Source of the DNA: Lenisia limosa
Lineage: Eukaryota > Protista > Breviatea
Assembly: GCA_001655205.1 (NCBI GenBank)
Contig: LPNZ01011689.1
Location: forward strand, 1-64,000
Direction of reading: 5' to 3'
DNA: 64,000 nt
The position numbers and the translations under genes were made by a program. The notes under the pieces are model-generated. The model saw only the letters and a program-made list of their open reading frames with translations, was not told where the DNA came from and searched no databases. The first letter of the stretch is position 1. Each line of letters starts with the position of its first letter. Below, in pieces: positions 23,862 to 37,400 of this stretch.

Positions 23862-26800
23862 ATGACAGAAATCTCAACACGAAAGAAACCTCCGCTCTCT
23901 GTATAGCTTTAATTTAATTTAATTTACTTCATCAACTTATGTTATCCAGTCACCATATGCTTTGATATTGTTCTTATTCCTCTTCCTTTTTCAATCCAAT
24001 GCAAATTCCACCTTTCCAAACACCATGCTCTTCTCACAAGACTCCAGCACAAGGAAATAAAAAAACTCCGAATGAAAGAGAAGAAGAATCATCTGAAAGC
24101 TCTGTCTATTATCTCAGTGCTGTTTTCCAGGGTAACAAGTAAGATTGGAATCAATATTAGTAATTTTCAGAATTGGTATTGCGTATTATGATGGAGAAAC
24201 TGCTGAGGTATTTTGTACTGAAACAGCGGAAAATAATCAAACATTTGAAGTGTTAAAACTACGTAAGTGTTCATACTCTCTTATTGAAAAAGTATTGGAT
24301 CAAACACAACCTTCATCGGTTGTTACTGCCTCAAGAATGAGTCCTGGTTTTCTAAATGTTCTCAAGGGTAAGGTGGGAACTGCTTGCACCTCAAGTTACT
24401 TTACTGATGATCCAGGGTTTGAAGCAAGTGATTCATTTGATGGTAACAATGGAAGGTTTGAGAAAATGCTTATTGTAAATAATATAAATTAAATTTGAAT
24501 CTTATGTAACATTGACAGAAAGCAGCAGCGAGAGTTGACAATTTTGAAAGGCAGTAAGTTGCAATTTAAATTTGACTGTGATTGCTATTAGGTGATTTCA
24601 AATACGAGACAGCGAAAAGAAAACTTGTTCTGATTGACCTTCCGGATATGCCACCAAGGGAGGACGAAGAGTTTGTTTGTCTTCTCAAGTAACATTTAGC
24701 ATTCGATACAATCACCTTGCAACTTTGATCAACTTTGAACAACAACAAATGGTATGCGGATTGTGATTGTTAATTGATCCCAAAGGTCAGAGCGCTTGGC
24801 GGTTTACTTGTTTTTCTTCAGAAAAAGCAACGATCCGAAAGTCTAGAAATCGGTACGAAAGATCTTCCGTGATACGATTTTAGATGGTTCGAGAGATACC
24901 CTTGATATCAACGCTTTACGTAGCTTCTCAATGTGGGCCTATCTCTCGTCTATCTCACTTTCAAAGCAATTCAATTCTCACTCTTGACAAAATTACGTCA
25001 AGGAGTCTTCAAATTTTCCAGTGAGTTTAATAACTCTATCTGAGTAACTTGTTCATCCATTAGGGAAGATTTACATCCATCCACCGTTCGAAGCGGAAGG
25101 AACAAAGAAGGACTCAGTCTTTTCGGAATATGTGACAGGACTGGTAATGGGAGAAATTTCATAACTCTTTTTAGTAACTGCTGTTGGCAAAAGAATGTTC
25201 AAGTACTGGTTCCAGCGTCCTCCTTTGAACATAGACGACATTATTGCAAGACAAGATACGGTTGAGTTCCTGACACAACCCTCACATCGAGAGTTCCTCT
25301 TGGAGATCAGGTAAATTCTTGTTTAGGGGACCATATTCTGTTAACAGTATTAGGGAAATTTTGAAGCCAGTCAAGAATATGATGAACATCACAAACAGAA
25401 TGAGGAATGGACAGTCGTCATGCCATGATTGGGTCAATTTCTTTGAAGTTGGCAGTTCTTGTACTCAGACTAATTCAGACAGAGCTCAGTTAATGCACTC
25501 CGACTCTATGAAATGGTGAAAGCACAAGGAGAAAAATTAACTCAGTTCAATATCTTCTCAAAAGTGAGATTACATTGTGTTTGCTCACATTCAGATTCTG
25601 GCTAAATTGAACGTGAATTCCATCTGTAAGTCGTTTGCCATTTCAACTCTTTTATTCTTTTCCATAATTTATTTACCAATTAGTACATATCATGGATGCT
25701 GTGAACCGAACAGTTGACTTCAACCTCTCAGTCTGTAGGTTTCCAAAATATTTTTTGACTTGTCAGCTGAAAATCGCTTCATTGTGAAAGAAGGTCTTGA
25801 CACTCAACTTGATGAGTTGAAATTACATTACAATGGGCTTGATGAATTCTTGACAGCTATTGGCAAAGAGGTTGGACAATGTACATAATGTTTACTGTTT
25901 TAGGAAATACAGAAAATCCCAGCTGAGCTTCATATTCGCAGGTTTCACTTTGTCTACTTTGTAGGTCAATATTTACTTATTTCCAGATTCAACTGGGGTA
26001 TCTCGTCAGCATTCCACTTGACCCCAGTGCCACCGAGCCTCCCAAGACACCTGAAGACTGGGCTTTTCAGTTCAACACTGCCGAGAATGCCTACTTCAAA
26101 AACCAAAGAGCCAGAGTACGAATTTTGGCTGTATGACACTTTAGGAGTTGGATGAGGCCATTGGAGACGTTCACAGCGAAATTGTGGATTATGAGAAGTC
26201 AATAGAGAGACTCTTGATCCAAAAAGTCCTAGAGTAGGGATGAAAAGTGAGTTTCAACATAACATTTCAGGAAGGCATCTGACGTGCATAATGTTGCTGA
26301 ATTATGTGCAGAACTTGGTAGGACTATGCTGCACGATTTAACAATTGAGATTGCTTGCAGTCCCTAGCCTGTACTGCAATTGAATACAACTACGTCCGAC
26401 CAACAGTCGTGGATGAAAAGATCATCCAAATCAAAGAAGGGTACGATCGTAATGACCTGTTGTTATCCCAATAGTCGACATCCCATTCAAGAGCTTGCCC
26501 TTGATGTTGACGCCGCATTTATCCCAAATTCAATTTCCATCGGATGCAAACCCCCACAGGTTTGAATCTAAAGCCTCTTATCTTTAGGAACACATTCGCC
26601 GGGGTGCGCACAACATGCTCAAAAGAGCCCACAATACTGATGAAAAAGATGATGTATTTTTAATATCATATGATTATTGTATAGATTGTCACCAAGGTAA
26701 CCCCAGAAGAAGTTGGACTAGTCAATATTATCACAGGGCCAAATTTCTCTGGTAGTTTTATGACAACAATTCAAATGACTTTTAGGAAAATCCGTTCTTT

Positions 26801-27796
26801 TGAAACAAGTTGCAATAATTGTATTTATGGCCCATATTGGGTCTTTTGTCCCGGCAGAAGCTGCTATTATCGGATTGTGTGGTGAGTTTATCTGATTTGG
26901 GTGACAGCTTAGATCGAATTTTCACTCGAATTCACTCACTGGAATCCAATACTGTTCCATTATCTTCATTCATGATTGACTGTCAACAGGTATGCTGAGG
27001 GAACAACCAATGACAAGTTTAGATTGCTAGTATGCTCAAAAACTCCGGCAGGGTAAGTTAAAATACAACTTACCACACAGACCAGCCTTGTAATCCTTGA
27101 TGAATTTGGTAAAGGCACCGACTCGGTTGATGGAGAGGGCCTTCTAGCCGGCACTTTACAGCAGCTTATCAGCCGCCAACGTGTGGAACTTGATGGCTAT
27201 TTACCAGGCTTATTATTCAGACGACTGTCCGCGAACATTGGTTTCAACACACTTCACCCATATCCAACTAGCCCCCAATCCCATTCTCCAATTCCACAAA
27301 ATGGCCTTCCACGCTCAAGTTCCAAAGGTACAGAGCACTTGGCATGTCATATTGCAGACACAAAGCAAGGCCACCCAACACAATGTGGACTTGGTGTTCC
27401 TTCACAAACTCGTGCCAGGTCGTTGTGTTCACTCCTTCGGTTTCCACTGTGCGAGGTAAGCCATGTCCAACGCTGCTCACAACCAGGGCCGCCGGGGTTC
27501 CTCAATCGGTCGTTGACAGGGCTGTTGAAGGTTTGTCGTTACCCCAACTGACGATGTAGTGGCGACGCTTCAAGCGGCTGGCAAGCCAATCAAGGCCCTC
27601 GATGACCCTCGAGAGTCCGACTCCAAGGTGACCAGGCCTGAACAAAAGGGCTCATGCTAACTTTTTAGGAATACCATAGCATTGCAAAGAAGCTTCTCAG
27701 TTACTCCCCTCAAGAATCTACCATCAAAGTAGGACACAGTCCAATGTAACCATGTAGACATTCCTTGAGTCTGTGTGGTCCATGGTGTCCAGCTGA
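23862..27796 (+). CDS. MSH5: MutS homolog 5 (meiotic MutS-gamma subunit)
   Basis: [15 protein letters not shown]-terminus, Walker A region [31 protein letters not shown], and C-terminal SFGFHCAR|[12 protein letters not shown]. The RIGIAYYD and DEFGKGT signatures and the lack of a mismatch-binding domain fit MSH5. The start could be 23862 or 23999. Confidence 0.88.
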
Positions 27797-27933
27797 AGCC
27801 AGGCAAAGGTCACCTGTATTGTATGTTGCTTAGGATGTTTCAATAGATCTTGTAATTGTAAGAATATTAAATAATGTGAAGAAACGAGTTAAAATCAATC
27901 CACCGATACCTCCGAGCTAAAGAGTGAGTTTGG

Positions 27934-30628
27934 TTACAGACAGCAAGAAGACTCACTCGCAACGAACAAGACTGGGTGTCGCCTTTGTCCTGCTTCTTTT
28001 GGGTGGCACTGGTTGGTGAGATGAGGACAATGGAGGGACAAACCTTCGAATTGCGACTGACCCCTCCTTCGGCTTCTTTGCGAGGCAATTGGCATTGAAG
28101 GGCCTGGTGCTGTAAAATAGGGTTCAAGCGAGACTATGTGATTCATCAAAAAAAAAATCCCGAATAAGCGGAGTATCATGCAGGAAACTTCAAGGATAAA
28201 ATTAGTAAAATATGTAATATATAGATCAAAATGTAAGAACCAGCTGAAACAGCACAATCTGACATGATAATATTTCATCGTTGTTTTTTTGTATTATCAT
28301 ATCATATAATAATCACATGTACTACATAGTATATCGCCTGATACCTTGAGAAAACTCCATTGAAGAAGGCTGGGTATCTAGAAAATGAGAAAGGAAGCCC
28401 GTTGGCCCACTTTCGAAGACTGGTTGGCTCTTTCCCGAAAAGAAGTCCTGTTGTGTTAGAAAGATATAGCAACGTCTTTGGGCCTACATTGTCATCTGCC
28501 TTCTTTGCAGACGCCCTCCGACTGGCAAGAGATGAGGTCCTAGTACCATTAAAAGTACCACAACAGTCCAACGTTAAACCCTCCAAAAGAGTTTATCAGA
28601 AGGAGAAAATAGTAACTTGTTTACTTTGATGAGGTTGGCCTCCTTCTTCTTGGTGGCGAAAGGGGGGCATTATCTTCATGAACTGTTGCCTAGAAGGTGA
28701 ATCCTCAAATTCAATTCTACGCCATACCGTTGAAAGTGCAAGAGATGCAATGATTGACGTGTTACTTCTACATTGTTACCAAGGAGAAATCAACGACAAG
28801 ATACGAAGATGAGCTCACTGGGGGGCAGTCTGATGGATTGTAGGTACGATTCTTGCGCTTGGTCGTAGCTCCAAACCATCATTTAACGGCTGAGTTTGCA
28901 TTGCTGGACAGCGTCAATGGACTACTTAAATGCCTACTCAAGGCCATTGTCTCCGTTGCTCCCTCTTCTTCGTCTTCTTTCTGCTCTTCACCTTCACTGT
29001 CACTGATCACCCGTCGTCTAAAGCAGTTGTAAGCGAACAAAATGATTAGTTCCATTCTAAATCGGCATACGGCGGTCTTGGAGCCGTTGACACACCTACA
29101 ATAGTCAAAGAAAATTAAAATGTATCCTTCATACCAAAAAGTAGAATTCTCAGAAGAGGTAAACCCCATTTACCTAGTGCTTTGGAGTCTTCTACTTCTT
29201 CCCTAAATGGTGAGATTGCAAACTCTCGAAAAACGAGTAATTCTCCATTGACCATTACTACCTCCATAGCCCACCCACCCTCCACTGTTTTCATCATCGC
29301 TTTGATAGCTTCCTTTAGAATCCATCAGATCACGGTAGAATGCCTTTTTCTTGTTTATCAGTTCAACTGCCTAAAAGGTGAGCCTATTTATGATGGAAAT
29401 ACAATTAAATAGGGCCAACCTTTGCAGCAAGGATTTCCATTTCAACTTGATGCTTTGTGACAGCATTCTGGAGCAATGTAGTAGCTCTGAATATGGTAAG
29501 AATTAAGTGGATTCTGCAAACTGTTGGGCATCCAATTTTGCTCTGTCGGCAATTTCCTTCATATCATGGGAAGCTGCCTAGGGCGGTAAAGCAAGAAAAA
29601 TAAAATGCAACGTATTACGCTATTCAGTATTCAATACAAACCTCCTCCTGTTTATGCTGCTCAGCAACTCTTTTGATCCATTGGGTCGTGGCTGGTTCTC
29701 CAGATGGTGGGGTGGATTTTTCAAAGTGAAGCACGATTAGGACAAACTGTGAATATGAAGGGGCAGAAAAGTGTTTTTAATTTTAAAAAAGCCCGACTTA
29801 CAGTGAGAGACTGAAGCTTGACAACAACCTCCATCTACAGTGTGAGAAAAAGTGCAACTGGCGTCCTCCCCCACAGTGGGTTTTTTTGTGTCCGCGAGAG
29901 GTTTGGACAGCTTCCGATTTCCAGAAGAATCGCTACAATCTCGAATATGAACAAAGGTCTCAAAACCCGCGGAGTGGGCATCAAGTCCTTTTTTAGTGAC
30001 TTCTGACATTCTTGCAGGGGATGTGGCTGCAATTAGAAAGGCTACATACTTTTCAAAGCTAATCTGTGGGAATTAAGAACACAAAATTCAATTATTCCAA
30101 TCTAACGTCTAATCCAGTTCTTTTCATGTTCAAGCTGTGCTGAGCTTTGAAATAGTTATAGGGGGCTGTAACGTTAAATAACAAAGAAAAGGCGTTAAAT
30201 AACGACAACAGATATCATATAAACAAAACACACCTTCACATGTCCAGACATTGATTCCATCAGTCATCTCAAACTCGGCAGATTTAATAGAGTGGATGGC
30301 ATTCTTGGCATCCTCTGTGTGGTTTCCGGTGTCATGGCTGTCAAGAAAAGCAAGAACATCTTCAATAGGCACCTGAATATCTGCGTTAACAAATCCGATT
30401 GTTAGTTGAAGAGAAAAACAAGATGAGAGGAACTGTTTCCCCGGTGCCCCATACACACCCCTCTTGACAAATTGTTCCAAAGAGTTGTTAAATGGATTGG
30501 CGGAAGCTTGCTCTGCGCAGAAGTACTGAAACTATAAGATATGGACAAGATCAAAGGGAAAGGAAGGCTGAAGGTTTAACTCACCAAAGGCTCGCCTGTA
30601 TGTAAAAACGACTTTCAGAAGAAGCCAT
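27934..30628 (-). CDS. Multi-exon hypothetical protein
   Basis: MASSESRFYIQASL|FQYFCAEQASANPFNNSLEQFVKR, ORF 30130-30480, AASHDMKEIADRAKLDAQQFAES, ELIILFAYNCFRRRVISDSEGEE; GT-AG introns. No family recognised. Confidence 0.6.
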
Positions 30629-30935
30629 TATCAGCAAAGAGGACCCTGAGAGAAATCGAAAAAGCGCAACATGTAACTCTAAAATCGTAATCATATTTAA
30701 ACCAAGCAATAAAATTTTGTAGCATGGATATAAGTGAGAGATAAGTTAAGTTGAGGATTAATAAGCAAGTTTAAGATCACTGGAATAGGCTTAGCTTGAA
30801 AATAACCCGTTGTTATATTACTTTTTTCCTCACTTCAACTTCTATTGCCTCTTATCCTATCTAGAAAATAACATATAATTATATCTTATCAAGAAAGAGG
30901 AAGTTAGGGAAGGCCACACAACAATATCCACCAGC

Positions 30936-33900
30936 ATGCTTCCTGCCAGGAGAAAGGTACTGCGGTCCATCTTTATTGACCTCTTTAGCCTGTTCCTGAG
31001 GAGTTGCAGCTGGACTGCTGGGGAAAATGGTAAGCGATTGCCATGGGAGGAAGAGATTGTTGGAGTGAAATGGGTTTACCGAAGGAATTGTTCAATTTTC
31101 CTTGTTGATACGGAGAGTATATTAACCATCTTCTACTTTACCAAATGTGCTGAATGAATATAACGCATGAATAAAAACACGACTCACTCTTCAAGGAAGC
31201 TTTATCGCAGGCCTCCCGTTAAGTTCCTTCTTCATCTTCTTATTGTCATCCTTGTCACTATCCAAGTACGCAGTACCTCTTTTTCGGATAATTCCCTTTT
31301 GCGCTCTTTGTCTTTTATTCCAAGGTTCTTCGCATTGTTGCAACGGAAACTGAATATCTTGAAGCTTCTCGTGCTACTTGGTTGGGAAGCTTTTACTTTC
31401 TTAGCACTCGCAACTGCCCTTTGGATTGCTAATGTCTCAGGTACACGCTCTTCTTCGATGACAATGTGGACTATGTTGCCCCCAGAAAGCCACGATTTGA
31501 GATTTTCACAGTTGAGGATGCGTTAACGTTTATTGAGGAGTCGGTTGGAAAGGTGGGTAGTTGTGCTCTGGCTCTAATTTTGCAGTACTATTCCTTCCAA
31601 GAAGAATCCATTGACAGGTACATTTATGATGACGTTCTGGATCTCAATAGCACCGACACCATTGTGGCAAGACCTGGTAGGACTGTTGTTGCCGCTCTGT
31701 TCTTACCCAGCCAGTTCTCCAAGTCGACACCTACACTGCTGGTGACGAGATTTTCAACACAGACGGGGCCCACAGTACAGCAATTAAGAGAGGTGCGTTC
31801 GCCATGCGGTGGAGAGGAAATGACCGTCTTAGTTGAGTACCAGTTGACCGCTGACAACCCCATCGGCCCTCTAGCGATCGAGGATAAAAGAGAGTTCTTC
31901 AACCGCCTCGTTCGCATGAAGCTGTCCATGTCGCTCGTCAATTCTCTACCAACTTTGAGTCACGTTCTTGTGTATAGATGGGATATTGATGTAAGCGGGC
32001 TTTGGCTGGTCTCTCACGTTTTGTCTTATCTTATTCTGTAGATTATCATGGAGTTTGCATCAAGAGGTGGAAGGCTCTCTGTCTTTATGGACCAGCACCC
32101 CACCCGCGTCAACAAAGGTGGGGATCTGCGATGTTCATCATCATTTCTACTATCCTTTCTCACCTTTTAGTTGGGCTCTTTGAACAGTTCGAAAATGGGT
32201 TCCTTCTCCTCAATGCCAGGTTTGAATTGCTGAGTGTTATTATCTTGACACTTTTAGCATTATCGTAACGGCAGTTGTCTCTCACATTCTTTCCATCAAA
32301 GCACTGAAAAAGTCGTTCAAACTCTTTCAAGTATGGGGGGGGGGGGGGNNNNNNNNNNNNNNNNNNNNNNNNNNNNNNNNNNNNNNNNNNNNNNNNNNNN
32401 NNNNNNNNNNNNNNNNNNNNNNNNNNNNNNNNNNNNNNNGCGACTCTTCAAAATGGGACGGTGGTCACATGGACGAGTTTGAGCCTGCGCAACAAGCTGA
32501 GGTTCTTCAACCTTTGGTGGGTCGCGCCATTGACAACGCCAGCTGACTACACAGGTTCATCATCACCATGCTGGGTAACTCCTTCAATATTATCGCCTGC
32601 ATTCTTGACATCTTCTACAACATGGGCCACGGGTCTCCGGTTTGGGGGGGAGGGGTATAGTGATTCTTTTGAACAGCATTCACACTTCAGGAGCTGCTTC
32701 GCCTCTGTGCGGGTATCGGGTGTATGCTCGTCTGGTTCAATATGGCGCGCTATTACGAGTTTGACAAGTCGTATTACGTCATGGTTATGACCCTCAACCG
32801 AGCCATGCCGAATCTCATTCGTTTCGTTCTTGGTGGTCTTCCTGTGAGCAAGAAGGGGAGGGGGCCTTCCTGTGGGCAAGAAGGGGAGTGGGCCTTATGA
32901 TGCCAACGAATTTGAGTTTGTTTCACCCTTTAGCTGTTCATGGGTTTTGCTTTCTTCTCAGTGATCTGCTTCTCCCACGTTTCCCTCAAGGTGAGCTAAT
33001 TGCCACAATTATCACGTTTGTCTTCTTTTTCACCCCTGTAGTACCGTGATATCGGCACAGCCATGATCACTCAGTTCGCACTTATGAATGGTGATATTAT
33101 TTATGAGGTAAGCGGCAATCCTCCGAGCTCTCTTACCGCTAGACCTACGAGGAGATCTACCAGGGCGGTGCGGTGTCTTCGAGAATCTACCTTTACGCTT
33201 TCCTCATCGTCTTCATTTACGCCTGTGTGTCGCTCTTCATTGCTATGGTTGATTCCGCCTATATCATTTCTCAAACGGTGTGGGGGGGGGGTTGCATTAT
33301 TATAATATAATATACTCTATGATATGTTTTTAATATAGCCCACATCTTCTGCCGCACGTAACAAAAGGAGTTTTACGTACTAATTAACAGGTTGCTCGTC
33401 GTCGTGAGCGTCTGCGCAAGGGTGGCGTAGAGAGTGACGAGGAAATGGACTTCAGTGCAGCTCCGGGCGGGCATGAGGAAGGTTGGTTGTCTTGAGAGCT
33501 GCTTGCACTACGGCACTTGCTTTCTAAACTCACGTTTTCAGGACATGGAGAACATGGTGAAGAGATTAAGTCTCTTCAAATGGAGGATGTCCAGTGGATG
33601 AAAATCCTCAAGGCTCAGGTTTGCAAAAATAGGGTGGCTGTTTTTTTTTTTTTTTTTTTTTTTNNNNNNNNNNNNNNNNNNNNNNNNNNNNNNNNNNNNN
33701 NNNNNNNNNNNNNNNNNNNNNNNNNNNNNNNNNNNNNNNNNNCCACCTCCCTCTAACCTCTTCAGAGAAGAAAGCGTGCTAAGTCACAGAAGGAGATGGA
33801 TAATCGTGAGCTTTTGAGGAGTGGTTTATCAGCTTTTGTCCTTTCCTGACCCTCCCAGCCACGTCCCAATTTGACCCGACCATTGAGCTTCGTCGTTCCT

Positions 33901-34209
33901 TGTCCGACGCTGTAGCTGGTAAGTCACATGGTGGCGTCTCATGCATTCAGTTTCGAACATCCAGTACCGGCAGCTTCTTCAGGACCGTGTCAACCAGGTT
34001 TGCCGCCTCTTGTTGCTTTTGAGAGCAAGGCAATTAGTCTAAATCGTATTTATGATTCAGGTCCTTGTATCGCATGCGGACCAAGACATTTCCTTCGGCT
34101 CCTTCATTGCTGCCGGCGGCTTCGACTTTGCTGTGAGAGACATGATCGATCCCTACAATATCGTTTTAGTCTTTTGCATGGATTGATTGTTACATTCCTC
34201 ACTTCTTAG
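30936..34209 (+). CDS. MCOLN: Mucolipin / TRPML-family lysosomal cation channel
   Basis: MLPARRK|PVPEELQLDCWGKW|KLYRRPPVKFLLHLLIVILVTIQ (S1); S4-S5 GIGCMLVWFNMARYYEFDKSYYVMVMTLNRAMPNLIRFVLG; pore AMITQFALMNGDIIYE; S6 YLYAFLIVFIYACVSLFIAMVDSAY. The 3' end is approximate. Confidence 0.9.
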
Positions 34210-34457
34210 GATGACTCTATAGACCTTTCAACCCCAAGACCTGAGGTGGGTTATCAACATCCCCTCCTTGCCTTCTAACCCGAATAGTCCTCACCCTTCT
34301 CGTTCACTCCGGACACGCCCCTCATTGCTAAGAAGTTCCATCTGGTGAGCCTGCCTCTGTGTGTCATGTTTTAGTCCAAGGAAGCATCGAGCTCGCAGAT
34401 CCGAACCCGTGACTTCTCCATTGCTGAGGGCTTCGACCAGCCGCAGGAAATGCACTA

Positions 34458-37400
34458 TCAGGCCGATGCGGATGTCAGCGTAGGCTCTGTGCTTAGCCCC
34501 GTGTTGACTTGACTCTCTAGGTCCCCGCCACTCCTTCCAGTGCCAACTAAACTGAACGACCTTGCTTGTAGCCTGTTCGTTCATGTGCATAATACAATAT
34601 GGTTCTTTTTATTGAGTACCGCAATTGTTGGGTTACTTCATCCATAATACGTCCGACATTGTTTTGGGGTTGACGGAATGTAGCCCTATGAAGTTCAAGC
34701 ACCCCGAACAGAACACCTCACAGACGGCAGACGAATGCTAAAATTGTCACGTGATACATGGCGGACAGTCATTACAGAACACTCTCAAAACAATTACCTC
34801 CAGCCATAGTCCGCATACCGACGGAATCCAGACGGAGGAGTGTGGGGATGACAAAGGAACTAATTGGTCATGAAATGAGGCCACGAGGCTCTGGGGGAGG
34901 GGACTCGGTAGGGGAAGGGCGTTGAGCTTTTGGCCAGTGATCCGAGTGGTTACGGTCGAAACGGTGAAGAATGGCTCAGTCTTCAAAGATAAGAGAGAAA
35001 CCAGGCCCATTAGCCTTCATTAATTTAACCAACCAAACCTCCAGATAATGGGACCCTGCCAGGAAGAGAATTCCGCGACAATTTGGGCATTGTACCGGCT
35101 CGGAGGCCGTCTGGATCTTGGCAAACTGGTTCTTCTGAAATGACATTATCTGGGATGTTTATATTTGTACACAATATAAGATATCTAGTGGACTTGACTG
35201 CTAACACAACATTCCTGAACAGAACAGAGAAAAGAGCACAAACCAGGTTTTCTTTCTTTGTATGCGAGGGAGAAGGTGGGCGACACTATGAAGTTAGATA
35301 AAGGGGAAGGGCACCCACGGTGGACTGTTTCGGTGCAGCGTTGGACGGGGTGGTTGCAAGGGGAGTTCGAGTAACCGGCGAGGGTGACGGCATGACTGAA
35401 TCGTCAGTAAAGCGACAGGGCGTCAATGCCGTTTCACCCCGCAGACTCATAGGCGGGTCTTCAGACACACAGTCGAGTTCGGGAGTGCTTTCGAGCCAAA
35501 CTGGGCCAGCTGCTTCGCTTCGAATCGGCCGGATCGGGAGAGGGGTCTCTTTCAGTGGCTCTCCAGGGGACTGGAAGGTCACGTTGGTCTGGACACACAC
35601 CTTTTGCTGAAGCAAGCTCAGGAGGCCTTTCTTCCTTGGCGGGCAGGGGCTTGGGCTCTGACTGAAGGCGAATTCGTTTTGAGTTGACTCGTCAAAGAGG
35701 TCCGCGTAATCAATACTCGGCATTCTGGGGATGAGGACGAGAGGTATAACATTTATCATTGAGATCACTTGAGATATGTACATGTAGTTTGAACTTGTGT
35801 TGTGGATCTTCAACCCATCAGCACGAGATAGCTTGTCATACCTTGGAGGCGTGCACGGCTCAAAGTCCGGGGGTGGCAGTGGCGCTAAGGGCGGCTCTGA
35901 AGGATAAAACCCATGCCAGAAGAAGAGTAATTCCTACCATCTTGGGGGTAACGAGGGAGACGATTACACTCAACCTGAGGAGTCTGGGTGGGTTAGAGTG
36001 CAAAGAAGCTTGACAGCATCCTACTCCGAATGGCGTTCCTTTTGGGGCTGAGGCTTGCGGGGTGCGGAGGGAGGCAAAGCCTATGTTTGGGTCTCGTGGA
36101 GGGGACTTTCGGTGCAGCAGCGACTTAGTAACACGGGGTGGCAGCTCCGGCGCGGGTTTGGTAATCTCAAGTTGGTGGGGTGGATATCTGTTGATCGTAC
36201 TGTTGCTCAGTTGGATGGAGTGGAAGGGTGGAGTGCTGCCTTCATTTTGATTTGGATGATGGAATGGCGGAGTGTTGCTTTCATTTTGGTTCATTTGTGT
36301 ACGAACCGGCCTTGATGGGGTATAATGTGGGGTACTAGGCACGTGGACAGCTGATGGGAAATGGAGGTCTTCTGATGAATTCACTTCAGTTCTTGGTGGA
36401 CCAAACGAGGTGTTCTGTGAGGTGAGTGGCATGCGGAAGTGTGTAAAAGGGGTTGTTTGGGTCATGAGCACCAGCTTATTTCCGCCAGATGATGAACACA
36501 CCCAATGAAAAAAAGCGGAAACTGTAGCAAACCTGATGACTTGGTACAGACGGAAAGGGTCTTGAGGGCGGCACGTACTGTGGCTCGATGCGGTTTGGTG
36601 GTGCAAAGCCATGCTGGAAACTTTGCTGCTGGTCATTTGGGGATTGGTGGAATCTCTGTTCGTTTGTTGCGGTCCTTTGATGCTGGGGTGTGTGGCCGGC
36701 AAGAGGCAATGTGCTTGGAACCGGGTGTGTAACAGAACACGGGGGGCCTTGCTTGCTGTCTTTGACCTCCGACGGCGACCAGTTTGTTGTGCGTTGTATG
36801 TTGGACCATTTGTTGTCCGGAGGCGTGGCCCACAAAGACGGCGCAGCACCCTGGGCGGGCTTCCACTCCTTGGCTGGGGGGCACGGGGTGAGGGGGTTGG
36901 ATCGTTGAGCCGGCGGAAGTGGTGGTGGCGGCTGAGACGGATCTCCGGTGAAGTACGCCGAGATGGGCATGTTGGCTTTGGGGTTTGGCTGAAAGGTAAG
37001 ATTAGGGCTTCACTTCGGTTCAAAAAAAGACTGAATTTCTCGATAAATCTTCGAAAATTATCGATATTTTACTGGTATTTTTCGAACCGAAGTGAAGCCC
37101 AAGAAAAGATGTGATTGAAACGGACCTGTATCTTGGGTGGCTCAAACGGGCGAGATCCCACATTGGGATGGAGCACGGGGACTCGATGGGGAGCGTTGGT
37201 TGGTGCATTGATAGTGAGTTTATGCCGTCCTGGCGGATCAGCAACCAGTTTAGTGGTGAAGTGCTCCAGGGCAGAGATGGCGTCGTTGAACTTCAGGGGG
37301 TGTTGTAGGCCTAAGCGGACCCTACTACGTCAGCCATGTAGAGGTGGACCTACCAATGTGAAAGGCCCTGGATCGTCCGTCTCTCTCTGAACCTACAGTC

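Noticed and set aside
36200-36300. ~39-bp imperfect repeat
   Set aside because: It is an ordinary in-frame coding duplication ([24 protein letters not shown]) in the disordered BRIP1 tail.
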